Assembly: GCA_043737055.1 (NCBI GenBank)
Contig: JAYTBG010000001.1
Location: 806-64,805, forward strand
Direction: 5' to 3'
DNA: 64,000 nt
From: Chitinophagaceae bacterium
Lineage (GTDB): Bacteria; Bacteroidota; Bacteroidia; Chitinophagales; Chitinophagaceae
How positions within the stretch are numbered: position 1 is the first letter of the stretch; every line of letters begins with the position of its first letter. Made by a program: the position numbers and the translations under genes. Below the pieces are notes generated by a model, which ran no database searches, had not been told where the DNA came from, and was given only the letters and a program-made list of their open reading frames with translations. Below, one piece after another: positions 29,331-37,498 of this stretch.

Positions 29331-30698
29331 ATGCAAGCTTGGAAAGATTACCAGGAAACACACAAAGAACGCTTTTTAAATGAATTGTTTGACTTGCTGC
29401 GTATTCCTAGTGTGAGTGCTAAAAGTGAACATAAGGCTGATATGCTGACCTGCGCTGAGGCAGTGAAGGATCGTTTGCTCGAGGCCGGGGCCGACACTGT
29501 AAGCATTTACCCAACAGAAGGCCACCCAATTGTATACGGCGAAAAAATAATTGATCCGGCCAAGCCTACAGTTTTGGTGTATGGTCATTACGATGTACAA
29601 CCAGCCGAACCACTTGAACTATGGAACAGCGGCCCTTTTGAACCTACAGTGGTAGATGGAAAAATATATGCCCGGGGAAGTTGCGATGACAAGGGACAGG
29701 TTTACATGCATATAAAAGCACTTGAAATTCTTGTACAGACAAACACCCTGCAAAGCAATATCAAGTTTTGCATTGAGGGTGAAGAAGAGGTAGGGTCACC
29801 TAATTTGGGAAAGTTTGTGGCAGCTAACACAGCCCTGTTGAAAGCGGACTGCGTGTTGATTAGTGACAGTGCAATGATCAGCATGGATACTCCAAGTCTT
29901 GACATCGGTATGCGGGGTTTAAGCTACATTGAAGTAGAAGTAACCGGCCCTAACAGAGATTTGCACAGCGGAGTATATGGTGGGGCCGTAGCTAATCCCA
30001 TAACCATCCTTGCAAAAATGATTGCTTCGTTGCACGATGAAAATAATCACATCAGCATTCCGGGATTCTACGATGAGGTAGCAGTGGCCACTCCCGAAGA
30101 AAGGGAGTTGATGGCCAGCGCTCCTTTTGATGAAAATGAATATAAAGAGGACTTAGGTGTGCAGGAACTGTGGGGGGAGGCTGGCTATAGCAGCAATGAA
30201 AGAACAGGTATTCGCCCTACCATTGAGCTAAACGGAATTTGGGGAGGTTACACCGGAGAGGGCGCTAAAACAGTTTTACCTTCTAAGGCATTCGCAAAAA
30301 TTTCTGCTAGGCTCGTCCCCAATCAATCCTCTCAAAAAATCAGCGACATACTAATAGAACACCTTCAAAAAATTGCACCGCCATTCGTAACCGTCAAAGC
30401 AACTTTGCATCATGGAGGGGAGCCCTACAGCACACCAATAGATAGCTGTGCATATAAAGCAGCATCTAAAGCTATGGAGACAACTTTCGGCAAAACCCCG
30501 ATACCGGTTAGAGGTGGCGGTAGCATCCCTATTTGTGCGCTGTTCGAAAAAGAATTAGGTATCAAGATAGTGTTTATGGGGTTTGGACTAGATAGCGACA
30601 ACCTGCATAGCCCAAATGAAAAATTCAACATCAAAAATTTTTATAAAGGCATAGAAACTATTCCATGGTTTCATAAATATTTCGCCGAGATGAAATAA
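29331..30698 (+). CDS. M20-family dipeptidase/metallo-hydrolase
   Basis: YGHYDVQP, GRGSCDDKG and EGEEEVGS metal-binding motifs. 455 aa. Confidence 0.85.
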   Translation: MQAWKDYQETHKERFLNELFDLLRIPSVSAKSEHKADMLTCAEAVKDRLLEAGADTVSIYPTEGHPIVYGEKIIDPAKPTVLVYGHYDVQPAEPLELWNSGPFEPTVVDGKIYARGSCDDKGQVYMHIKALEILVQTNTLQSNIKFCIEGEEEVGSPNLGKFVAANTALLKADCVLISDSAMISMDTPSLDIGMRGLSYIEVEVTGPNRDLHSGVYGGAVANPITILAKMIASLHDENNHISIPGFYDEVAVATPEERELMASAPFDENEYKEDLGVQELWGEAGYSSNERTGIRPTIELNGIWGGYTGEGAKTVLPSKAFAKISARLVPNQSSQKISDILIEHLQKIAPPFVTVKATLHHGGEPYSTPIDSCAYKAASKAMETTFGKTPIPVRGGGSIPICALFEKELGIKIVFMGFGLDSDNLHSPNEKFNIKNFYKGIETIPWFHKYFAEMK

Positions 30699-30793
30699 GG
30701 TTTCAAGATTTGGGGAGGCTGATCACCTATATAATTTTAAGCGACTGACAAAATTAACTTTCAAAATCATTTTCGGATGTTAGTAAATACCGC

Positions 30794-30801
30794 TATTTTT
30801 G
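30794..30801 (+). promoter_or_regulatory. Candidate Bacteroidota -7 promoter element for the tRNA
   Basis: TATTTTTG matches TAnnTTTG and ends 10 nt upstream of the tRNA 5' end. I found no clear -33 element. Confidence 0.35.
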
Positions 30802-30811
30802 CCGCCCGATT

Positions 30812-30885
30812 GCCGGGGTAGCTCAGCTGGTTAGAGCATCGGATTCATAACCCGAAGGTCGGCAGTTCAAGTCTGCTCTCCGGTA
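30812..30885 (+). tRNA. tRNA with anticodon CAT (elongator Met, or Ile2 if lysidine-modified)
   Basis: Hand-folded cloverleaf. Acceptor GCCGGGG/CTCCGGT (two G-U pairs), D-arm GCTC-AGCTGGTTA-GAGC, anticodon loop TTCATAA, T-arm GGCAG-TTCAAGT-CTGCT, discriminator A. CCA is not encoded. It lacks initiator features (no 1-72 mismatch, no GGG/CCC anticodon stem). Confidence 0.9.
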
Positions 30886-30887
30886 CA

Positions 30888-30924
30888 AAGCTCAAGTCCT
30901 TGTAAAAAGGGTTTGAGCTTTTTT
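30888..30924 (+). terminator. Rho-independent terminator directly after the tRNA
   Basis: GCTCAA..CCTT / AAGG..TTGAGC stem followed by T6. The hairpin is repeated in the second cassette at 31228-31262. Confidence 0.7.
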
Positions 30925-30927
30925 GAT

Positions 30928-31172
30928 ATGGAACAGTACATTGTCTACATACTGTTCTCTGCAATTGCTAATAAACATTACACTGGATTTTCCTCCCATC
31001 TTGAAAAAGAATCATATCCCATAATAAACTTGGTAAAGGCTGGACATCTAAATTCCGACCCTGGAAAGTAATATTTACAAGGGAATTTCGAATAAAAGCG
31101 GACGCCTTAAAGTTTAGAAGTGGCCTAAAAACAGGAGCTGGAAGAGACTTTATAAAGAACCTGGAACAGTGA
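30928..31172 (+). pseudogene. GIY-YIG (URI/UPF0213-type) nuclease ORF, copy 1, interrupted by a -1 frameshift at an A5 run
   Basis: Frame 0 reads MEQYIVYILFSAIANKHYTGFSSHLEK. The -1 frame from 31008 reads RIISHNKLGKGWTSKFRPWKVIFTREFRIKADALKFRSGLKTGAGRDFIKNLEQ*. Joined, this is an 81-aa GIY-YIG catalytic domain (YVYIL..YTG..LEKR..HN). Confidence 0.75.
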
Positions 31173-31173
31173 T

Positions 31174-31225
31174 ATCGAATTCATATCCGCCGCGGCGGAC
31201 GGCAGTTCAAGTCTGCTCTCCGGTA
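31174..31225 (+). other. 5'-truncated tRNA(CAU) remnant (diverged anticodon-arm-like segment plus exact T-arm, acceptor 3' strand and discriminator)
   Basis: ATCGAATTCATATCCG resembles ATCGGATTCATAACCCG of the live tRNA. 31201-31225 is identical to 30861-30885. There is no D-arm or 5' acceptor strand. Confidence 0.7.
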
Positions 31226-31265
31226 CAAAGCTCAACCTTGTAAAAAGGGTTTTAGCTTTTTTGAT

Positions 31266-31509
31266 ATGGAACAGTACATTGTCCACATATTGTTCTCCGC
31301 AATTGCTAATAAACATTCCACTGGATTTTCCTCCAATCTTGAAAAAGAATCATATCCCATATTGAACTTGGTAAAGGCTGGACATCTAAATTCCCACCTT
31401 GGACAGTAATATTTACAAGGGAATTTCGAATAAAAGCGGACGCCTTAAAGTTTAGGAGTGGCTAAAAACAGGAGCTGGAAGAGGCTTTATAAAGAACCTG
31501 GAATTCTGA
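31266..31509 (+). pseudogene. GIY-YIG nuclease ORF, copy 2: same A5-run frameshift plus a second 1-nt deletion and Y7H in the GIY motif
   Basis: MEQYIVHILFSAIANKHSTGFSSNLEK then -1 frame RIISHIELGKGWTSKFPPWTVIFTREFRIKADALKFRSG*. It is homologous to copy 1 along its whole length. Confidence 0.75.
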
Positions 31510-31510
31510 T

Positions 31511-31556
31511 ATCGAATTCATATCCGCCGCGGCGGACGGCAGTTCAGGTCTGCTCT
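31511..31556 (+). other. Third, decayed tRNA 3' remnant closing the repeat array
   Basis: The same ATCGAATTCATATCCGCCGCGGCGGAC spacer is followed by GGCAGTTCAGGTCTGCTCT (1 mismatch to the T-arm). Similarity is then lost. Confidence 0.6.
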
Positions 31557-31578
31557 TTTCATCCAACAAAGGATACAA

Positions 31579-32151
31579 TTATTTATAGGAAGATACCCTT
31601 GGCCGCCATGGAATTTCTTCAGCTCCCACCAAGTGCCCCACATATCTGGCAAGTACAAAAAGGTAATCGCTCAATCGGTTTAGGTATTGAATGACCAATG
31701 CATCTACATACAATTGCTCCTCTTTCATGTGTACGCAAATTCGTTCGGCACGCCGGCACACACACCGGGCTACATGCAAAGCCGAAACGCTAATATGCCC
31801 CCCAGGCAAGATAAAATATTTCATTATTGGCAATACTTCGTTCATCCGGTCTATTTCAGATTCTAGCAAGGCCACATCCTCCGCTTTTAGATCTGGCATT
31901 TTCATCAGGGGCTCTTTCTCGGGGTCGCAGGCAAGAGAAGACCCAATAGTAAAAAGGCGATCCTGAATCTCTTTGAGTGTTTGGTTGCTTGCGACATCTG
32001 CAACCTGATCGTTGCACAAACCGATATGACAATTTAGTTCGTCAATAGTGCCGTAACTCTCAATGCGCAGGTTGCTCTTTGGAACTCTTGTACCTCCAAT
32101 CAAACTGGTACTACCTGTATCACCGGTTTTGGTGTAAATTTTTAAAGCCAT
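31579..32151 (-). CDS. PduO-type ATP:cob(I)alamin adenosyltransferase
   Basis: MALKIYTKTGDTGSTSL..RVPKS..RIESYGTIDELN is the hallmark N-terminus. I prefer the start at 32151. Confidence 0.88.
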   Translation of the reverse strand: MALKIYTKTGDTGSTSLIGGTRVPKSNLRIESYGTIDELNCHIGLCNDQVADVASNQTLKEIQDRLFTIGSSLACDPEKEPLMKMPDLKAEDVALLESEIDRMNEVLPIMKYFILPGGHISVSALHVARCVCRRAERICVHMKEEQLYVDALVIQYLNRLSDYLFVLARYVGHLVGAEEIPWRPRVSSYK

Positions 32152-32234
32152 TTTATAGGGAATTTTTGGAAAGACTAACCCATTCACTGAGTGTCTTTTA
32201 CCAGCAACAAAGATATTTTCTAATTGTTCACACT

Positions 32235-32951
32235 CTAAACTGTTGCAAGCTGTGTCGTCATGGGCTGGGCGTTGGCAAGGTCCGATTCAATAAGACCATC
32301 CTTTAGCCTTATTACCCTATGTGCAAAGTGCGAGATATCTTCTTCATGTGTTACTAAAATTATGGTGTTACCATCTACATGAATTTTGCCAAGGATGTCC
32401 ATGATCTCATACGATGTTTTTGAATCAAGGTTGCCGGTGGGTTCATCCGCTAATATAATAGCCGGATCGTTTATTAGTGCCCTGGCGATAGCTACCCGCT
32501 GGCATTGCCCACCACTTAGCTCATTGGGTTTATGATGCATCCGGTCTGTTAGTTTAACTTTTTCCAAAACAGATGCTGCCCTTTCTACTCTTTCTTTTTT
32601 GCTAATGCCACTGTAGATAAGCGGCAATGCAACGTTCTCTGCAGCAGTAAGCCGCGGTAGCAAATTAAACTGTTGAAAAACAAAACCAATATCTTTATTG
32701 CGTACCCCTGCGAGGTCATCATCAGGCATGCCGCTAACATCTTTTCCATTTAAAATATATCTTCCGCCCGTTGGAGAATCCAGGCAGCCTAAAATATTCA
32801 TCAGCGTTGATTTTCCGCTACCGCTGGGACCCATCAGAGCAACGTACTCGTTTTTAAAAATCTCCATAGAGATCCCTTTTAGTACCGGTAGTTCTTGCTT
32901 GCCCAAGTAGTAGCTTTTTCTAATTTCTTCCAGGTGAATGATAGCTGCCAT
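32235..32951 (-). CDS. ABC transporter ATP-binding protein (MacB/LolD-like family)
   Basis: Walker [10 protein letters not shown], signature LSGGQCQRV, Walker [12 protein letters not shown]. Confidence 0.88.
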   Translation of the reverse strand: MAAIIHLEEIRKSYYLGKQELPVLKGISMEIFKNEYVALMGPSGSGKSTLMNILGCLDSPTGGRYILNGKDVSGMPDDDLAGVRNKDIGFVFQQFNLLPRLTAAENVALPLIYSGISKKERVERAASVLEKVKLTDRMHHKPNELSGGQCQRVAIARALINDPAIILADEPTGNLDSKTSYEIMDILGKIHVDGNTIILVTHEEDISHFAHRVIRLKDGLIESDLANAQPMTTQLATV

Positions 32952-32954
32952 AAT

Positions 32955-33245
32955 TTATTTTTGAATTACCGTTGGAACCATGAAAAAATTGCTGTTATGT
33001 TTTCCTGCTGACTGCAGAGCTCGTTCCTTGCTGCAGGAACCGTCTACTAAATCTTCTCGAAATTGGTTTTGCTGGCTACTCATGTGCAAGAGGGGCTCTA
33101 CCTCGTCAGTGTTTACTTCATCCATTTGTTGAACAAAAGCGATCATCTTCTGCAGGTCAGTTTTGATTGCGTCCATCTCATTTTCGTTGAAACTAAGGCG
33201 GGCTAATGTGGCTAGCTTTAAAACCAATGCATCATTTACGTCCAT
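32955..33245 (-). CDS. gatC: Asp-tRNA(Asn)/Glu-tRNA(Gln) amidotransferase subunit C
   Basis: About 96 aa from MDVNDALVLKLATLARLSF.ENE...DL..I..FV.QM..V.T..VEPL. This is the GatC pattern and size. Confidence 0.85.
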   Translation of the reverse strand: MDVNDALVLKLATLARLSFNENEMDAIKTDLQKMIAFVQQMDEVNTDEVEPLLHMSSQQNQFREDLVDGSCSKERALQSAGKHNSNFFMVPTVIQK

Positions 33246-33415
33246 AGAACAAAAATAAAGGATTAAGCTCACAGCCCTTCCTATATTATACAAGTGGTCA
33301 TTAATTTCCTGCCGGCAAAGCCGTAGAGGTGCCGACTTTTATTATCTTCGCCCGCAGCACTTTTGCAGGCAAAAATCGATAAGCAAAACGGGGTTCTCCC
33401 AGTTAACAATTATAT

Positions 33416-34420
33416 ATGATAGAGAAGAAAATTGTCATGAGTGGTATTCGCCCCACTGGATTTCTACACCTGGGAAACTATTTTGGAGCCATAAGAAATT
33501 TTGTGAAAATGCAAGATGAATATGAGTGCTATTTCATGATTGCAGACTGGCATTCTCTTACAACGCACCCTGATACAAAGGAATTAAAAAAAAGCGTTCT
33601 TGGGGTGGTGGCGGAACATCTTGCATGCGGAATAGATCCAAATAAATCAGCATTATATTGCCAAAGCCAGGTACATGAAACGGCGGAGCTGTACCTGTAT
33701 CTGAACATGCTGGCCTACAAAGGCGAGCTGGAAAAGACAGTTACTTTTAAAGAAAAAGTAAGGCAACACCCGGAAAATATAAATGCAGGCTTACTTACCT
33801 ATCCTGTTCTGCAGGCAGCCGACATCATTCTTCACCGGGCTGCCTTGGTGCCCGTAGGTAAAGATCAGGAGCAACACCTGGAGATGGCCCGCACCTTTGC
33901 CAATCGCTTCAACCATAGATATGGCCAGGTTTTTCCTGAACCGCATGCCTTTAATTACGGTGGAAAATTGCTTAAAGTGCCAAGTCTCGACGGCGAGGGT
34001 AAGATGAGTAAAAGCATTAACCAAATGGCGACACTGTACCTTTCGGATGATGATGATACGATACGAAAAAAAATTATGAAGACAAAAACCGATGGAGGTC
34101 CTACCGTTCACAATTCGGTAATGCCAGATTTTATTGAGAATATTTTTTTGTTGATGAACCTTGTTAGTGCTCCAGAGGTTGTAGAGCAGTTTCAATCAGA
34201 ATACAATACCTGCACTATTCGTTATGGAGATATGAAGAAAAAGTTGGGGGAAGACATGGTGCAATTTATGAGTCCGATAAGGGAAAAAACTTTGGACATC
34301 ATGAACGACTCAGGCATCATCAAAACTGTGCTGGAATCAGGCGCCGAAAAAGCAAGAAAAAGTGCTGGTGCTACTATGCAAATTGTGCGAGAACTGGTAG
34401 GCTTGAATTACTACGCCTGA
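33416..34420 (+). CDS. trpS: Tryptophan--tRNA ligase
   Basis: Class I motifs GFLHLGNY (HIGH-like) and KMSKS. 334 aa. Confidence 0.93.
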   Translation: MIEKKIVMSGIRPTGFLHLGNYFGAIRNFVKMQDEYECYFMIADWHSLTTHPDTKELKKSVLGVVAEHLACGIDPNKSALYCQSQVHETAELYLYLNMLAYKGELEKTVTFKEKVRQHPENINAGLLTYPVLQAADIILHRAALVPVGKDQEQHLEMARTFANRFNHRYGQVFPEPHAFNYGGKLLKVPSLDGEGKMSKSINQMATLYLSDDDDTIRKKIMKTKTDGGPTVHNSVMPDFIENIFLLMNLVSAPEVVEQFQSEYNTCTIRYGDMKKKLGEDMVQFMSPIREKTLDIMNDSGIIKTVLESGAEKARKSAGATMQIVRELVGLNYYA

Positions 34421-34527
34421 TTTAAAACAGGGCGCTAACTTATCTGCTGAAGTGGTTAAGTTTGCCTATATTCAAGCTGGTAAGAAACAAACTTAAAAAT
34501 TAAACAATCCACTTGGGGGATTTGAAC

Positions 34528-35163
34528 ATGGCGAAAAATAAGAAACCAAAACACATTGCTATTGCCGGAAATATTGGCGCTGGAAAAACCACGCTTACAG
34601 AGCTTTTAAGCAAACATTATAAGTGGATACCTCAATTTGAAGATGTGGACCACAACCCTTACCTCAATGATTTTTACGAAGACATGCCACGGTGGAGTTT
34701 TAACCTTCAAATATTCTTTTTGAACAGCCGACTGAATCAATTACTGGAGATTCAACGAGGTACAGAAACTGTCATTCAAGATCGCACTATTTACGAGGAC
34801 GCCAATATTTTTGCACCCAATCTCCACGACATGGGTCTCATGGGCAAAAGAGATTTTGACAACTACTATAAGTTTTTTGAAACCTTAAAGTCAATGGTTC
34901 AACCACCAGACCTGTTGATTTATCTGAAAGCGTCTGTGCCTACCCTCGTTTCTCAAATTCAGAAAAGGGGCAGAGAGTATGAGGAAAATATTCGCTTGGA
35001 TTATTTAAAGAAACTTAACGACTACTACAACAATTTTATAGACAATTACAAGGAAGGACCATTGCTGATAATTGATTCTGATAATAACAAATTTGCAGAA
35101 AACGAGGAGCACCTGGGGCAGATCATCGGGAAGATAGATGCCCAACTATTCGGATTATTCTAA
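34528..35163 (+). CDS. Deoxynucleoside kinase
   Basis: P-loop IAIAGNIGAGKTT, DRTIYED block and dNK-family length. I prefer the ATG at 34528. Confidence 0.85.
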   Translation: MAKNKKPKHIAIAGNIGAGKTTLTELLSKHYKWIPQFEDVDHNPYLNDFYEDMPRWSFNLQIFFLNSRLNQLLEIQRGTETVIQDRTIYEDANIFAPNLHDMGLMGKRDFDNYYKFFETLKSMVQPPDLLIYLKASVPTLVSQIQKRGREYEENIRLDYLKKLNDYYNNFIDNYKEGPLLIIDSDNNKFAENEEHLGQIIGKIDAQLFGLF

Positions 35164-35205
35164 GTTGCCTGGCTTATTTCTAAAATACCTGTAATCTAAA
35201 TACGG

Positions 35206-35862
35206 CTACTCAATCAATTGATTTTTCATTGCATAAAAAACCAGTCCCACGGAGTTTTTTACTCCGAATCTTTCCATCAGCCTGTCTTTAATTGCCTCCA
35301 CGGTTCGGGCACTAATATTCATCTTCAGAGCAATTTCTGCTGCTGTAAATTCCATGCATACAAGGGTCAGGGCTTCTTTCTCCCTGTCACTTAGCACAAT
35401 CTCCGATGTGAGTGATGGGTTAAATTTTTGCTTGCCGTAGCTTTTTTTAATGAGCACTTTATTAACAAACGGGTTCAGGTAAAAGCCTGTCCTCATTACA
35501 TCCATCATTGCTCTTTTTATTTCTGAAGGTTCAGTGCTTTTTAGTAAATATCCTGCAGCGCCGCAATCCATAAGGTGACCCACGAAGCGTTCGTCCTCGT
35601 ACATGGTTAAGATAATCACCCTAATATTGGGATATGTTTTAGTGATGATCTTTGTCGCATCAATACCATCTTTGACGGGCATTTTCAGGTCGCATAAAAT
35701 TACGTCGGGGAGAAATTCGGGGATCTTTTGTATGAGATCATCCCCATTATCGGCCTCCATTACAAAACGAATGTTGGTGTAAGGTCTCATGGAGTGAATA
35801 ACACCTTTCCGAAATATCTTGTGATCGTCGGCAATTGCAACATTTATTGTCTGTGGGAGCAT
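35206..35862 (-). CDS. NarL/LuxR-family response regulator (REC + HTH_LuxR)
   Basis: IADDHKIFR and phospho-acceptor context ILCDLKMP. C-terminal LS.REKE.L.L...G.T..EIA..MNIS.RTVE. Confidence 0.88.
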   Translation of the reverse strand: MLPQTINVAIADDHKIFRKGVIHSMRPYTNIRFVMEADNGDDLIQKIPEFLPDVILCDLKMPVKDGIDATKIITKTYPNIRVIILTMYEDERFVGHLMDCGAAGYLLKSTEPSEIKRAMMDVMRTGFYLNPFVNKVLIKKSYGKQKFNPSLTSEIVLSDREKEALTLVCMEFTAAEIALKMNISARTVEAIKDRLMERFGVKNSVGLVFYAMKNQLIE

Positions 35863-35932
35863 ACTGTACCGGTAAAATTAAGAACATCTTTAGATATTAC
35901 TCGTTCTGCTCTTCAATTTTAGAAAAGAAGTT

Positions 35933-36757
35933 TTATACAAGCGGCTCTTTCGGAATTTCGAGTGTGACCTTGTAATAGGTCTGACTATTATCAATTTCGA
36001 AAAAAATGCGGCCGTTTAGGACCTTCATTCTGCTTGCCATATTTTTCAAGCCAAGACCCTGCGACATTTGGTTGAGTTTGTCAAACTCAGCCTGCACAAT
36101 TCCTTTGCCATCATGATGCAGGCGAATGTACATATGGGATGCTGAAGTATTTTGTGTTAGATGAATGAAACCTGCATTACTATGTTTGATAATGTTATTG
36201 ATTAATTCTTGAATAATTCTAAATATGAGTAACTCTTGTTCTACCTTCAGCCGTTGCCTGTAGTCATGGAACCTTGCACTTGCATTCAGGCTACCACTCC
36301 CACTAATTTTTTGAAATAGGTCAGTAGTAGCACTTTCCAACCCAAAGTTTTTTAAAGTTGGTGGCATCAGGCTATGACTTATATTTCGGATCAGTAATAT
36401 GGCGTCGTCAATTATTTGCTTGGCGCTAAAAATGCTTTGTAGTTGTTGTGCTTTCTCCTGATTCACCAGGTTTTCGTTTAAGTAAAGCCTTGCTGTAGCA
36501 AGTAAGGGCCCTGCGTCATCGTGCAAATCGGCCGCTATTCGCTGTCTTTCTTCTTCCTGAAAACGTATGGACGCATTTAGGTACATCTGCTGCTTGTCAG
36601 CTTCCATCTTCTTCATTTGGATGTGGTACCGAATTACCTTTCGCTGGTGCATTATTACAAAAACGATGATTCCAATGGCAAGGGTTATCATGCCGATGGA
36701 ACCAATAAACATTAGCTTAGAAACATCTGAGCTACCGGAAGCCTGTAAAAAGAACAT
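35933..36757 (-). CDS. Sensor histidine kinase core (HisKA_3 + HATPase_c), one TM helix
   Basis: H-box RIAADLHDDAGPLL, N-box ELINNIIKHSNA, and G-boxes HDGKG / GLGLKNM. It sits upstream of the response regulator gene. Confidence 0.85.
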   Translation of the reverse strand: MFFLQASGSSDVSKLMFIGSIGMITLAIGIIVFVIMHQRKVIRYHIQMKKMEADKQQMYLNASIRFQEEERQRIAADLHDDAGPLLATARLYLNENLVNQEKAQQLQSIFSAKQIIDDAILLIRNISHSLMPPTLKNFGLESATTDLFQKISGSGSLNASARFHDYRQRLKVEQELLIFRIIQELINNIIKHSNAGFIHLTQNTSASHMYIRLHHDGKGIVQAEFDKLNQMSQGLGLKNMASRMKVLNGRIFFEIDNSQTYYKVTLEIPKEPLV

Positions 36758-36763
36758 GGGCCG

Positions 36764-37498
36764 TTATGAATTTTTAAGGTTGGTTAGGGAAAATTCATCT
36801 AAGTCCATATGGTTCGGGATGTGAAGTTCATCACCTACCTGTTCCTTATGCTCTGTAGCAAATAACGCCAGGCATAACAAGATATTTTTGGCAATGGTTA
36901 CAAAGCTATAAATATAGGCTAGTTGCTGCTTGAAAACTTGATCCTTGCTGTAGCTAACCAACAAAAAGAAGAAGAATGTACCTGTAAATAATAGGAAAAA
37001 AGCGACGCAGATCCAGAAGATTATTGACTGATAGAGTGGGTACATCACCACTATTTTCATTTTTTCATAGAAGTAATAAATAATAAAAACAATAAGGACA
37101 AGGGATGAGATGAGGTTAGAGTGGTTATTGAATTGGGATTTTTCAGCAAGTAGATAATCCAGACTGGCAAACAGGAAAAAGCCGGCGATTAAAAAGAGGA
37201 TGATTTTCTTTATAACCGGTAACTTAATAACATAGTAGAAAAATAGGGCAATGACCGAAAACTCAACAATTGAGTAAAGACGTAAGACCATATAGTAAAA
37301 TGTCCAATCAGCTACGTACTTAATAATGAGAAAAGAACTTAAAGCAAAGACAAACAGAAGACATGTATATATAAAAAAAACCTTTAAAGATTTTGTATGT
37401 AGTTTCTTAAAAAACAACAAACAAAACATTAAAGGTGAAAGCTCAGAAGCAAATGTTATGTGAAGTAAGACTGATTGGATAATCGTTAATTTTCTCAA
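36764..37498 (-). CDS. Integral membrane protein with about 7 TM helices; probable detached sensor module of the downstream kinase
   Basis: Seven hydrophobic segments. It ends at a TAA that is in frame with the kinase ATG two codons downstream. Confidence 0.6.
   Translation of the reverse strand: MRKLTIIQSVLLHITFASELSPLMFCLLFFKKLHTKSLKVFFIYTCLLFVFALSSFLIIKYVADWTFYYMVLRLYSIVEFSVIALFFYYVIKLPVIKKIILFLIAGFFLFASLDYLLAEKSQFNNHSNLISSLVLIVFIIYYFYEKMKIVVMYPLYQSIIFWICVAFFLLFTGTFFFFLLVSYSKDQVFKQQLAYIYSFVTIAKNILLCLALFATEHKEQVGDELHIPNHMDLDEFSLTNLKNS

Larger units (their letters stand above)
30861..31556 (+). repeat. Tandem direct repeat: 340-bp unit, 337-bp unit and a 19-nt partial third copy, each starting with the tRNA T-arm/acceptor 3' end
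   Basis: Unit boundaries are at 30861, 31201 and 31538. The first 35 nt are identical between units 1 and 2. My hand alignment gives 16 substitutions and 2 indels overall. Confidence 0.9.

Noticed and set aside
31171-31198. A cluster of restriction-site palindromes (GATATC, GAATTC, CCGCGG). GATATCGAATTC resembles part of common cloning-vector polylinkers, which raised the possibility of vector contamination.
   Set aside because: The same segment occurs twice (also at 31508-31535) inside a diverged natural tandem repeat. It aligns to the anticodon-arm region of the adjacent tRNA, and no other vector-like sequence flanks it.
31130-31225. A possible complete second tRNA. ACAGGAG upstream can pair with the acceptor 3' strand CTCCGGT (one mismatch), and AGCTGGAAGAGAC resembles the D-arm AGCTGGTTAGAGCA.
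   Set aside because: There are 33 nt between the putative acceptor strand and the anticodon-like stem, where 19-22 nt are needed. No D-stem can be formed, the loop CGAATTC lacks U33, and the segment is the conserved C-terminal coding region of the GIY-YIG ORF. I treat it as a remnant only.
30861-31556. Whether the repeat array could be a CRISPR array.
   Set aside because: The units are about 340 bp and contain an ORF. There is no short repeat/spacer alternation and no cas genes.
31125-31694. Track ORFs 31125..31316 (-) and 31458..31694 (+) spanning the repeat units.
   Set aside because: They run across tRNA remnants, terminator hairpins and the GIY-YIG pseudogenes in the wrong frame or strand. 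The second also overlaps the 3' end of the adenosyltransferase gene. They are artefacts.
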